A stretch of DNA of 64,000 bases from Truepera sp. (GCA_965218435.1 CBDCKW010000009.1:704001-768000); one strand, 5' to 3'; counted from the stretch's first letter, positions 1-14,026 are shown. Numbers and translations: made by a program. Notes: generated by a model from the letters alone, not told the origin.

Positions 1-36
1 CAATTTTAGTTCACTCAACGCTAAAGACGGCAGCCG

Positions 37-930
37 TTAGCGGCGGCTCTCTTCGGGGACGGTGACGGAGGTACCGCTCGAGGGTTCCGGCGGAACCTTA
101 AGCGACTCCGGCAGATCCTCTTGGAGTGCCCTCAGCACGCCCTCATAGCCGTAACGAATCGCCTCGTCTAGCCGGTTAAACTGGTGCGGCATAAAGCTGT
201 GCGGGAGGGGCGGTTTGACGATCAGGTCGGGCGGGTGCATCGCGTAGGTCAGCTCGGCCAGCTTACCTTGGGTAATCGTAAAGGCTTTTTCAGCAACTTC
301 CATCGGAACGGTCAACTGCTTGGGGCCAAAACGCGCCGCGAGCTTTTGCCAGAAGTGCTCTTTATCGCCCTCGGTCAGGTTGATAGGCCGGTCTATCGGT
401 ACGGTGACGTCTATCGCAATCACCGGCCGGTCGGTCAGCGTGCGAATCACATCTACCGGAACGATGTTGAGGGTGCCGCCGTCAATAAAAAAGCGGCCTT
501 CATCTTCTACGGGGTCGAAGATACCGGGAAAAGCGTTGCTGGCGCAGATACGCCGGACCAGCGGGCCACGCCGCAAAACACACGAAAGCCCTTGCTGCAC
601 GTCAACGGCGACGGCGGCGAAGGGATAACGGAGTTCTTCAAACGTCTCAGGCAGATGCGGCGCTAAAATCTCTTGGAGACCGTCTGAGCCGATCATCCCG
701 TTCCCGCCGTCAAAGTCAATGTCTAGGACTTTAAGCATATTCATGTCGTGAAAAATCTCTTCGATACGCTCCGGCGAGTGACCGGCCGCGTGAAACGCGC
801 CGACGATTGCGCCCGCCGAACAGGTGCTCATGGCGACGGGTTCAAAACCGTGCTCAGTAAGTGCCTGCAACGCGCCGATATGGGCAAAACAGCGTGCCCC
901 GCCGCCGCCTAAAACGATCCCGACTTTCAT
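37..930 (-). CDS. Patatin-like phospholipase (RssA/NTE family)
   Basis: VLGGGGAR glycine-rich loop, CSAG nucleophile elbow and DGG motif. Start set at MKVG (930), which follows GGAG. Confidence 0.85.
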   Translation of the reverse strand: MKVGIVLGGGGARCFAHIGALQALTEHGFEPVAMSTCSAGAIVGAFHAAGHSPERIEEIFHDMNMLKVLDIDFDGGNGMIGSDGLQEILAPHLPETFEELRYPFAAVAVDVQQGLSCVLRRGPLVRRICASNAFPGIFDPVEDEGRFFIDGGTLNIVPVDVIRTLTDRPVIAIDVTVPIDRPINLTEGDKEHFWQKLAARFGPKQLTVPMEVAEKAFTITQGKLAELTYAMHPPDLIVKPPLPHSFMPHQFNRLDEAIRYGYEGVLRALQEDLPESLKVPPEPSSGTSVTVPEESRR

Positions 931-1192
931 CGCTGCTCCATCTTTACCCATGAGGTTGCCTGTACTGGGACAAGCAACCTCTTTTCTAGGTGTCGCGTCA
1001 TCTTTCTACCATCTCACATTCTGCTCCGGCCAAACGTCTTATATTGAGCTTGTTGCGAGCCAAACGGCTTTTGGCGCGGTAGGCGTTACCCAATCGGCCT
1101 CCGCGTACTCTATAACGCAACGTTACAACAATGGGAGCTACCGTGAAAAATGTGAAGTTTGTCCCCTGCACTTTTGTGCTGGTGTGTTGCTG

Positions 1193-2569
1193 ATGGCTTC
1201 GTCTACAACAAGCGCAGCGGTAAGAAGTGTTGATGACGCCGTTGAGCAGATCGGTCTGGGCCGGTTTCAGTGGCGGCTGTTAGGCGTCAACGGTCTCGTC
1301 TGGGCGGGTGACGCGATGGAAGTTATCGGCATTGGGTTTATCATCCCCTCAATTATTGCGACCTTTGGTGTCACCGGCGGGCAAGCGGGGCTCATCGGCT
1401 CACTGTTTTTCGCCGGAATGCTCTTCGGCGCGTGGGGTTTCGGCTCACTCGCCGACCGTATCGGGCGGCGGCGGGTTTTCTTGCTGACGATTGCGCTCAA
1501 CGCCGTGTTTGCTCTCTCGTCGGCGTTTTCACCGAGTTTTACGCTGCTCTTAATCTTCCGCTTTTTGAACGGTCTGGCGGTCGGCGGGACGCTGCCCGTA
1601 GACTACGCGGTGATGGCTGAATACTTGCCCAAACGCGAACGAGGTCGGTTTTTGGTGTACCTCGAGAGTTTCTGGGCGCTCGGTACGGTCATCGTGGCAC
1701 TTTTAGCGTGGGCGATTGTCTCAAACTTACCCGAAACCGGTTGGCGCTGGCTCTTAGCGATCAACGCGCTGCCTGGTATTTTAGGCTTCTGGGTCAGGCT
1801 CAGCGTGCCGGAGTCGCCCAGGTTTTTACTTTTGCGCGGAAACCTGGCGGGTGCCAAAGAGGTGCTTCACCGGGTTGCTAAAATCAACCGGGTCGAGCTG
1901 AATTTAACCCGACTTAAGCAAACGCCCCCCGCCCCGCGCCGTAACACGACCGCCGCACTGTTTGCCCCCGAACTCGTTTCTCGGACGCTCTGGCTACTTG
2001 TGATTTGGTTTGCCTTGTCGTTCGGTTACTACGGCGTCTTTACCTGGCTCCGGCCTATCTTCGTCGGGCAAGGGGTCGCGGTGCTCAGCACCTATTGGTT
2101 TTTAGTCGTCTTGGCGCTCGCGCAGCTGCCCGGTTACGCGCTCGCGGCACTCAGTTTAGACCGGTTCGGACGTAAACCGACGCTGGCTGTGTTTTTAGGG
2201 GTGAGCGCGGTCTCGAGCATGGTCTTTGCCTTTTCCACCACGCCCGCCGTCGTGATTACCGCGAGCTTGCTGCTTTCCGCGTCGCTGCTCGGCGCGTGGG
2301 GCGCACTCTACGCGGCGACGCCCGAGTTTTTCCCGACTGAAGTCCGCGCAACCGGCACCGGCGTGATGGGCGCAGCGGCGCGGGCAGGTGGTATTGTTGC
2401 CGCGCAACTCGGTGGGACGCTCCTGTTGGTGTCGTTTCCGCTGGCGCTCAGCATCTTCGCGCTCTCGCTCGTCGTTGCCGGACTCGCCGCGCTCTTGTTA
2501 CGCGGAGGTCGGCGGGCCGAGGCGCTCAGCGAACGTTTGGGGGAAGGTATTGCCGCTCAAAGCACCTAA
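1193..2569 (+). CDS. MFS transporter (SV2/NiaP-like metabolite:H+ symporter)
   Basis: About 12 hydrophobic segments, GSLADRIGRRR motif A, PESPRFL and PEFFPTEVRATG. Start moved to ATG 1193. Confidence 0.85.
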   Translation: MASSTTSAAVRSVDDAVEQIGLGRFQWRLLGVNGLVWAGDAMEVIGIGFIIPSIIATFGVTGGQAGLIGSLFFAGMLFGAWGFGSLADRIGRRRVFLLTIALNAVFALSSAFSPSFTLLLIFRFLNGLAVGGTLPVDYAVMAEYLPKRERGRFLVYLESFWALGTVIVALLAWAIVSNLPETGWRWLLAINALPGILGFWVRLSVPESPRFLLLRGNLAGAKEVLHRVAKINRVELNLTRLKQTPPAPRRNTTAALFAPELVSRTLWLLVIWFALSFGYYGVFTWLRPIFVGQGVAVLSTYWFLVVLALAQLPGYALAALSLDRFGRKPTLAVFLGVSAVSSMVFAFSTTPAVVITASLLLSASLLGAWGALYAATPEFFPTEVRATGTGVMGAAARAGGIVAAQLGGTLLLVSFPLALSIFALSLVVAGLAALLLRGGRRAEALSERLGEGIAAQST

Positions 2570-2664
2570 GTTCCGTTGACGTTTGTTCTTATCGTTACGT
2601 CTTTGTAGGAAGATGCTAGCTTGCTCGAGCTACGGACGTCTCGGTTTGGGATAATATTTTTTAG

Positions 2665-3010
2665 ATGGCGTCCGAACAAAGCATTGTTGATTACCTCATA
2701 GCTTGCCAGTGCGGGCGACGTGTCAGCCCGCAAGATGTTTGGTGAATACGGTGTTTACTGTGAAGGCAAGCTGGTTGCGCTTATTTGCGACGATCAGTTT
2801 TTCGTCAAGCCGACCGAGGCGGGCCGCGCGTTTATCGGTGAGGTTGAGGAAGCCTCGCCTTACAAGGGGGCCAAACCCAGCTTTTTGGTTTCTGAAGCGC
2901 ACTGGGATGACCGAGAATGGCTGGGAGAACTCGTACGGCTTACCGCCGCTGCGCTGCCCCTACCGAAGCCGAAAGCGAAAAAGGCCAAGAAATGGTTGCC
3001 GCCCTACTGA
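2665..3010 (+). pseudogene. TfoX/Sxy N-terminal domain protein, frameshifted near the 5' end
   Basis: ARKMFGEYGVYCEGKLVALICDDQFFVKPT is TfoX_N-like. The typical N-terminus MASEQSIVDYLI (ATG 2665) lies in a different frame from LASAGDVSARKMFG. Confidence 0.65.
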
Positions 3011-3029
3011 CTCAAAAGCTCGACAAAAC

Positions 3030-3620
3030 CTAATTCTTGGGTTGTGGTGTGAGTTCGTACGAAAGCGTCCCGCGCCCCAATCCCTTAAACGGTGCTTTGG
3101 AAAAGTCTATGATGATGGCGCTACCCTCACCACTCCGCACATTGTCGAGCGCGTAGATACGGACCGGCCCATCGGCGCGTACATTATCTTTTGACCGAGT
3201 AAAGGGTTGCTCCTCATCGTGCGGATGCAGCAGCGGGCGGCGGCCATTCTCCGCACCCTCAAAGACGATGGTGTCGGCGTAGTCGTCCCACCCCTGGTCG
3301 TGGTGGCGGACGGTTGCGCCCATGCTAAAGGTGTTCGGGTCGGTGCCCCGGCTAAAACGCATCCCGATGACGTGCGGCTGGTTAAAGGTACCGAAGTCGG
3401 CTAAGTGCAGCTCGAGCTGACCTCCTTCAAAATAAACGGTGAGCGGCTCAGACGGGTCTTCAACACTAAAATACTCGTCATTACGGTCGGTGCCTTCGCC
3501 CGAGTCCCAGTGTATCGGCCTACCGTCTAAAAAGAGCTCGAGGGTATAGGTGTGCGTCTTGGCAAAAGCGAGGGGGAGCGGCGCGAGGGCGAGCAATATC
3601 ATAAGAGCAAAGCGTTTCAT
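3030..3620 (-). CDS. Hypothetical secreted protein
   Basis: Signal peptide MKRFALMILLALAPLPLAFA. TATGGT lies 6 nt before the ATG. No recognised domain. Confidence 0.65.
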   Translation of the reverse strand: MKRFALMILLALAPLPLAFAKTHTYTLELFLDGRPIHWDSGEGTDRNDEYFSVEDPSEPLTVYFEGGQLELHLADFGTFNQPHVIGMRFSRGTDPNTFSMGATVRHHDQGWDDYADTIVFEGAENGRRPLLHPHDEEQPFTRSKDNVRADGPVRIYALDNVRSGEGSAIIIDFSKAPFKGLGRGTLSYELTPQPKN

Positions 3621-3714
3621 AGGCTCACCATACGGGGCACACGTGAGCCTTCGTCGCAGAGATGATGAAACACCTAAACGCCGCACAAAAATGCCGTAGT
3701 TGTATCTTTAAGCC

Positions 3715-4071
3715 GTGAGCCGTTCGTTAGCCCTAGCCCGCACTTTTTTAGGCCGACACGTCACGGTTACGGTTGACCGCCCGCTCGGGTCGCGGCACCC
3801 CCGTCACGGACATCTGTATGGGGTCAATTACGGGTATCTACCCGGGACGCTCGCGCCGGACGGTGAGGCGTTAGACGCGTATATTTTGGGTGTGACGGTG
3901 CCGCTGACAACGTTTTCGGGTCAGGCTGTTGCGATCATTCACCGCGCCGACGATAACGACGACAAGCTGGTCGTGGTCCCTAAAGGTTTAGTCTTAACCG
4001 ACGCGCAGATGATGGACGCCGTGGCGTTTCAAGAACAGTTTTTTCGGTCGTCAGTGGTGCGTGAAGGCTAA
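3715..4071 (+). CDS. Small family I inorganic pyrophosphatase-like protein
   Basis: VDRPLGS, YGVNYGYLPGTLAPDGEALDAYILG and DDKLV motifs. Confidence 0.8.
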   Translation: MSRSLALARTFLGRHVTVTVDRPLGSRHPRHGHLYGVNYGYLPGTLAPDGEALDAYILGVTVPLTTFSGQAVAIIHRADDNDDKLVVVPKGLVLTDAQMMDAVAFQEQFFRSSVVREG

Positions 4072-5357
4072 GCTTCGGGACAGAGCCGCGCCTGAACCGT
4101 ACCGTCTGCTTCGCCCGGCAACACAAGCGTAACTGCTTTTAGAGATTGACTGAGCGAGAGGAAAAACTTGCCGTCGTTGCGTTCACGTGTGGAGTGCTCG
4201 AGCGTTACCTTCTCGACCCTTCCGCCCTCATAGCTGAGTTTTAATGTAAGCGAAGTCTGCGCCAGGTCGGATAGCACGAGGTACAAAAAGCCCATATGCT
4301 TGCCCTGCAAACCTGTAAAAAGCAGCACGCTACGGCTGAGCTGCTTCGTTACAAGCGTCTCACTTTGAGCTGCGCTACACGCGCCCTGCACGCTCGGAAC
4401 GAGCTGCCGGTAAAAGAGTGGGTCTTGCGGAACATCGAACAAAGTGGCAAACTCCCACACTAAAAAGGCAGGTCTGGACTCGCGGAACGTCTGAGAGCGG
4501 AGGTATGCCCCCAGCGCAGCTTGCGGCCCGCCGCCTATGGCCGACACGTTAAGGACGTCTAACCCGCTCGCTTGCGCCAAAAAACCGGCGAAGTTGAGGT
4601 CTTCACGTGCGCTGTTGCTCGTTCCGGCGAGCACAATCGGCGGCGCGGATGCCCCAAACAGGTCGCCACGTTCTGCTGTCACCTCCGTGGTGCGGTAACG
4701 CGTCAGTTTCTCAGCGGGCGGATTTTTCCCGCAAATCTGTCCGATGGCCTCACCAAATGAGCCGAGCTGTTCTTCAGTCTCCACAGCTTTCGTCTTAAAC
4801 TCGCGTTGTTCAAACGTGGCCGAACGAAACTCGGGTGTTGAGGTAAGGGTTTGAGCGACGGCCTGGGCGCTTGCCCTCGAGCCCTCCGGCGTCCAGTGAT
4901 GGTCGCGCCGAAAAAAATAGTTCGGCGTTTTTGCTACGACCTCGCCAAGGTCGGCCACGTGTAGTCCAGCATTTTGTAACGTCGTCCGCACCGCTTCATA
5001 ACGGGCTAGAGCTTCGCCGGGTGCGTACTCCGGCAGACTGTCCGCCGCCAACGCCACCCCGCGCGGCGGTTGCGCTGCGATGATAAGCGTCACGCTCTGA
5101 GCTGCGAGCGTTTTGTTGAGTGACACTAAATATGTAAGCGTTTCTCGGTTCAGCGTAAACGTCGTGGCGAGGTCGTCGTGACGCAAAAGCCACCCCTCCG
5201 GTCCGGCCTCGAGCCGATAAAACCACCGTCCCTGATACGCTGCCGGAGCCTCGGCTGCAGGGCAAAAATAGGTGGGCTTATTCCCCAACCTCACTAAAAA
5301 ACCTACGCCCAACCCGAGAAACAGGCCGAGCGCGAGGTAGGGAAGCGCACGTCTCAT
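4068..5357 (-). CDS. AlgX/AlgJ-like SGNH polysaccharide O-acetyltransferase
   Basis: N-terminal TM segment, GWL, PPRG, FFRRDHHWTPEG (DxH), LAGTSNS and LVWEF motifs. Confidence 0.75.
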   Translation of the reverse strand: MRRALPYLALGLFLGLGVGFLVRLGNKPTYFCPAAEAPAAYQGRWFYRLEAGPEGWLLRHDDLATTFTLNRETLTYLVSLNKTLAAQSVTLIIAAQPPRGVALAADSLPEYAPGEALARYEAVRTTLQNAGLHVADLGEVVAKTPNYFFRRDHHWTPEGSRASAQAVAQTLTSTPEFRSATFEQREFKTKAVETEEQLGSFGEAIGQICGKNPPAEKLTRYRTTEVTAERGDLFGASAPPIVLAGTSNSAREDLNFAGFLAQASGLDVLNVSAIGGGPQAALGAYLRSQTFRESRPAFLVWEFATLFDVPQDPLFYRQLVPSVQGACSAAQSETLVTKQLSRSVLLFTGLQGKHMGFLYLVLSDLAQTSLTLKLSYEGGRVEKVTLEHSTRERNDGKFFLSLSQSLKAVTLVLPGEADGTVQARLCPEA

Positions 5358-5439
5358 TTTTTTAGTGTAACGGGACGGCCGCACAAGAAAATGACGCCGG
5401 GATGAGGGTTGGGCTGAGTAGCAGCGCCCTAAAGAAACG

Positions 5440-6621
5440 TCAGTCGGTAAGGACGGCGATACCCGGCAGTGTTTTACCTTCTAAAAACTCCAAACTCGCG
5501 CCGCCCCCCGTCGAGATGTGGTCGAACTTCTCCGCTAACCCCACCGCGTTGACCGCTGCCACCGAGTCACCCCCGCCGACCACGGTATAGGCGTCCAAGT
5601 CTGCCAAGGTTTCAGCGATGGCGCGTGTGCCCGCGTCAAAAGGTGGCGTCTCAAACACGCCGAGCGGCCCGTTCCAGAGGACGGTTTTGGCGTGTTTTAG
5701 CACCGCTTGATAGCTTTTAACCGCCTCCGGTCCAGCGTCCAAACCCAACCAACCCTCTGGAATCTCGTCCGATGGATAGACTTTGGTTTCAGCTCCGGCC
5801 CCCAACTTTTGGGCACACACCGAATCCTGCGGCAGATGCAGCGTCGCGCCTTTAGTTTTGGCTCGTTCCAGCAAATCAAGCGCCAAGTCGAGCTTGTCGT
5901 CTTCAACCAGCGACCCGCCGACACTGCCACCCTGCGCCTTAAAAAATGTGTACGCCATCGCGCCACCGATCAAGATGTCGTCGGCCACGTCCAGCATAGC
6001 GTCAATCACACCGATTTTGTCTGAAACCTTGGCCCCACCGAGAATGACCATAAAAGGTTTTTCGGGGTCTTCCCGCAGCTTCGACAAGACTTCGTTTTCA
6101 CGTGCTAACAGCAGCCCTGCCGCACTCGGCAACAGTTTGGCGACGCCCTCGGTGCTTGCGTGCGCCCGGTGCGCCGCGCCGAACGCGTCATCTACATACA
6201 CGTCGGCGTATTCTGCGAGTTTTTTGGCTAACGCCGGGTCGTTTTTGGTTTCGCGTGAGTCGAAGCGGGTATTTTCCAACAGTGTGACGCTGCCCGGTTC
6301 CGCGTCAGCGACAAACTGTGCTTCTTCCTCTGAAGCGGGGCCGTCCGTCGGCTTGTAACGCACCTCGAGACCTAAAAGCTCGCTCAGCCGCGCCGCAACG
6401 GGCGCTAACCGGCTTTTGTCTTCCGGGCCTTTGGGCCTTCCTAAATGACTCATCAAGATAAGCGTCGCGCCCTCATCCAGCAGTTTCTTAAGCGTCGGCA
6501 GCGTTGCCTGAATTCGGCTGTCGTCAGTAATTGTGCCATCTTTAAGCGGGACGTTAAAGTCCGCGCGGACCAGCACGCGTTTGTTTTTTACGTCGAGGGT
6601 AGCTAAGGTTCTCAGCGCCAT
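5440..6621 (-). CDS. pgk: Phosphoglycerate kinase
   Basis: RVLVRADFNVP, SHLGRPKG, GGAKVSDKI and HISTGGGASLEFLEG. Confidence 0.97.
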   Translation of the reverse strand: MALRTLATLDVKNKRVLVRADFNVPLKDGTITDDSRIQATLPTLKKLLDEGATLILMSHLGRPKGPEDKSRLAPVAARLSELLGLEVRYKPTDGPASEEEAQFVADAEPGSVTLLENTRFDSRETKNDPALAKKLAEYADVYVDDAFGAAHRAHASTEGVAKLLPSAAGLLLARENEVLSKLREDPEKPFMVILGGAKVSDKIGVIDAMLDVADDILIGGAMAYTFFKAQGGSVGGSLVEDDKLDLALDLLERAKTKGATLHLPQDSVCAQKLGAGAETKVYPSDEIPEGWLGLDAGPEAVKSYQAVLKHAKTVLWNGPLGVFETPPFDAGTRAIAETLADLDAYTVVGGGDSVAAVNAVGLAEKFDHISTGGGASLEFLEGKTLPGIAVLTD

Positions 6622-6681
6622 GTCACTCCTCACCAAAAGGCGGCCAGCGTTAGAAGCTGACCGCACTAGGGTTTTTGTAAC

Positions 6682-7722
<1,041 letters not shown>

Positions 7723-7843
7723 TCAACAACCTCACCGAGTTTAACCTGTGGGGTTTCGCTCAAGGTAGCGTGCTCGCAACTTAACCGGGCGTAGTTGATG
7801 TCCAAGCGGCCATATCTGGCTTTGCAAAGGTTATCGTGCCGTG

Positions 7844-8284
7844 ATGGAGCCCGTTCGCCAGTGTGCCGCCGTTATCTTGACCGATGACCAGAACCGGGTG
7901 CTGCTCCTCTGGCAACCCAGACAATCGTACGGCCTGCCGGGGGGCGTTGTCGAGCCCGGTGAGACGCCGCCGCAAGCCGCTGTGCGCGAGGCCAAAGAAG
8001 AGATTGGCGTTGAAGTCGCTTTAGAGTACCTCATTGGCACCTACCTCTTACGCGGAGGCGGTTGGCCCGACATCTTTGCGTCGGTGTATAAAGCTCACGT
8101 CGTTTCAGGAAAACCCCATGCGGCAGACCCGAAGGAGGTTGAACAGCTCGAGTGGGTCGAGCAAAATGCGGTTCCAAAGCTCGTCTCGAACGATGCTCGA
8201 GCTGCCATTCCCGACTTTTACGCCGGAAAACGCGGGGTTGTCGGTGAGGTGTGGCGAGACCGTACAATGCCGTGGACAGGCTGA
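7844..8284 (+). CDS. NUDIX hydrolase
   Basis: Nudix box GGVVEPGETPPQAAVREAKEEIG. TATCGT lies 6 nt before ATG 7844. Confidence 0.9.
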   Translation: MEPVRQCAAVILTDDQNRVLLLWQPRQSYGLPGGVVEPGETPPQAAVREAKEEIGVEVALEYLIGTYLLRGGGWPDIFASVYKAHVVSGKPHAADPKEVEQLEWVEQNAVPKLVSNDARAAIPDFYAGKRGVVGEVWRDRTMPWTG

Positions 8285-8371
8285 ACTTTACACAGATTGT
8301 GGGCGAGATAGAGGAGAGTGAGACAACAAAATTCACTCTCCTAAAGGTTACGTCACGGTCATAACGACAAT

Positions 8372-11659
<3,288 letters not shown>

Positions 11660-11682
11660 CGTCTTCCCCTGACCGGGGCACC

Positions 11683-11997
11683 AAAAAAACGCCCCAAGTT
11701 ATGATTGGGACGCCTGAATGTTTTAACAAACGAGCGTGCTACCACCCAACTTCGCCGGTGCGTCACCGCACGGGCCTCTGTGATTGCCCCCACGTTAAGC
11801 TGGTAAAACCAAGCTAAAATAGGGGAGAACCTGCCGCTGTGACGTGCGGCTCACGTTCCAGTCTACTCAGGTTATAAACCCTTTCGGTGGACGGCTCGAG
11901 GCTGATGTTCGTAAGTTTCGCGTATCGCCGGGCTCTCACCGTCCCCGGTTCGCTTCAGACCGCCTCTAAACCCCTACTCGTGCCTGTCATCGCCTTT
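11683..11997 (-). promoter_or_regulatory. T-box riboswitch (Ile) with intrinsic terminator
   Basis: Minus strand: Stem I GCGATGA..GAGTA..GCGAACC..GGTGAGAG, specifier GAAC-ATC-A (ATC = Ile, 11904-11906), T-box GGGTGGTAGCACG, and terminator CGTCCCAA..TTGGGGCG followed by a T-run. Confidence 0.9.
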
Positions 11998-12033
11998 CTA
12001 AGTTGTATCCCTACTGTTTTGCATCGTCTGCGC

Positions 12034-12064
12034 TTTACATCCGCGCGTAACCATGCGTATACTC
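12034..12064 (+). promoter_or_regulatory. Candidate sigma70 promoter for rho
   Basis: TTTACA-N18-TATACT. Confidence 0.5.
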
Positions 12065-12295
12065 AGGTTAGCAGCACTTTATAGGCACGTCAACACGCCG
12101 CGCTGCACACCCGCTGACAACCTAGTGCCCGTCAATAGTGCATAGTTACAATGGCGTTAACATCCGGGTGGCGCAGCCTTATGAAGCTAGACAATTTTGC
12201 TGTCACGTGGGCCTTTTAAGGCTGCCTGAGATTCTAGCTTGACCATTTAGTTTATCCAGCTTCACCAGCTATTTACGCACGAAAGTCGAGTCCAC

Positions 12296-14026
12296 ATGAG
12301 CGAAGCCAATGACGATACCCAGACCTTAACGGCGACTGACGAGATTGCGCCGCAACCGCGCCGCCGAGGTCGGCCCAAGGGCAGCGGGCGCAAAAAAGAC
12401 CCGGAAACCCAAGCAGAACCGACCATAGAAACGACCACGGGAACAACTGTAGCTGCTACCTCAGCCGCTGCAGACCCTGTTGCGGCCAGTGATGAAGTAG
12501 CCGAACCACCCAAACGCCGGGGCCGCCGTCCAAACCGTCCACGGCCCGAGCCGAGCGAAAGCGAAGCGGCGGAACCCGAGCAAGACACACGCGCCCGCAG
12601 AGACACCCAAAGAGATACTGATAGGGATAACGAGGCTCGAGCCGGAACCAGCGACGCCCGTAATAACGAAGACGACGCCGACGAGTCCGACGAACCCGCA
12701 GCCCGCACGAGTGACCGGGGCGATACTGAAACCACCCCGCGCCGTGGCCGCAATAGCCGCAACTCGCGTCGCCCGACGCTTAACTACCGCGACTTACAAG
12801 CCAAAATCTTACCCGAGTTGCACCTGCTTGCCATCGAAGTTGGGTTGTCGGATTACCGGCAGCTGAGCAAAGATGAGCTAGCGGTCGCTATTTTAGAACG
12901 CGCCTCGGAAGCCGAAGGGTTACGCCTCGTCAAAGGTTACCTGGAGATTTCTTCCGACGGTTACGGCTTTTTGCAAGAATCGCTGCTGCAAAATAATACC
13001 CGTTCGGTGATCGTGTCAGCGGGGCTGATCAAGCAGTTCAAACTTCGTACCGGCGATTTTATCTTAGGTAAAGCGCGTCGCCCGCGTGATAACGAACGTT
13101 ACGGGACGCTGATCCGAGTTGAAGCTGTCAACGGCGTTGACCCCTTTCAAGCGGCCAAACGTCCCCGCTTCGACGACCTGGTACCGATGTTTCCCGACGC
13201 ACGGATCAAGCTCGAGACCACCCAAAATGAGGTCGCCGCGCGCGTGATTGACCTCTTGGCTCCCATCGGGCGCGGTCAGCGCGGGCTCATCGTCGCGCCG
13301 CCTAAAGCCGGTAAAACGACCCTGCTCAAAAAAATTGCTAATTCGGTCGTGCAAAACGAGCCCGACATCAAGGTCATCGTACTTTTAGTTGACGAGCGTC
13401 CCGAAGAGGTCACCGATTTTCGTGAGTCGGTTTCGGGTGTCGAGGTCATCGCCAGCACCTTTGACGAGCCGCCGACCAACCACATCCGCGTCGCGGAGTT
13501 TGTCCACGAACGCAGCCGCCGTATCGTTGAAGAGGGTGGTCACGTGATGATCCTCTTAGATTCGATCACGCGTCTGGCGCGGGCGAATAACTTGGTGACG
13601 CCGCCGACCGGTCGGACCCTTTCGGGTGGTCTCGACTCATCGGCGCTCCACTGGCCCAAACGCTTTTTAGGTGCGGCCCGCAACATTCGCGGCGGCGGCT
13701 CACTCTCAATTTTAGCGACTGCCTTGGTTGAAACGGGCTCCCGCATGGACGACGTGATCTTTGAAGAGTTTAAGGGTACCGGTAACATGGAACTGCACCT
13801 CTCGCGCCGCTTGGAAGAGCGCCGCATCTTCCCGGCGATTGACATCCTCAAATCGGGCACGCGCCGCGAAGACCTGCTTTTAGGCGAAGATGTGCTGGCG
13901 AAGATGTGGCTCCTGCGCAAAGTCATCTCCGATATGGACCCCGCTGAAGCGATGGATATGCTCTTATCACGGATGAGCCGCGTTAAAACTAACGGCGAGT
14001 TCTTGTCGTCACTGGGACAAGGTTAA
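12296..14026 (+). CDS. rho: Transcription termination factor Rho with long N-terminal extension
   Basis: DGYGFL, PIGRGQRGLIVAPPKAGKT, DERPEEVTD and EFKGTGNMEL. Confidence 0.97.
   Translation: MSEANDDTQTLTATDEIAPQPRRRGRPKGSGRKKDPETQAEPTIETTTGTTVAATSAAADPVAASDEVAEPPKRRGRRPNRPRPEPSESEAAEPEQDTRARRDTQRDTDRDNEARAGTSDARNNEDDADESDEPAARTSDRGDTETTPRRGRNSRNSRRPTLNYRDLQAKILPELHLLAIEVGLSDYRQLSKDELAVAILERASEAEGLRLVKGYLEISSDGYGFLQESLLQNNTRSVIVSAGLIKQFKLRTGDFILGKARRPRDNERYGTLIRVEAVNGVDPFQAAKRPRFDDLVPMFPDARIKLETTQNEVAARVIDLLAPIGRGQRGLIVAPPKAGKTTLLKKIANSVVQNEPDIKVIVLLVDERPEEVTDFRESVSGVEVIASTFDEPPTNHIRVAEFVHERSRRIVEEGGHVMILLDSITRLARANNLVTPPTGRTLSGGLDSSALHWPKRFLGAARNIRGGGSLSILATALVETGSRMDDVIFEEFKGTGNMELHLSRRLEERRIFPAIDILKSGTRREDLLLGEDVLAKMWLLRKVISDMDPAEAMDMLLSRMSRVKTNGEFLSSLGQG

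Noticed and set aside
824..1192. 123-aa N-terminal extension of the MFS transporter
   Set aside because: It overlaps the divergent patatin start and promoter region. MFS-like sequence begins near ATG 1193.
8348..8364. TTACG-N7-CATAA, resembling the Deinococcus radiation/desiccation response motif (DdrO site)
   Set aside because: It lies between two convergent 3' ends rather than in a promoter, and the inner positions match imperfectly.
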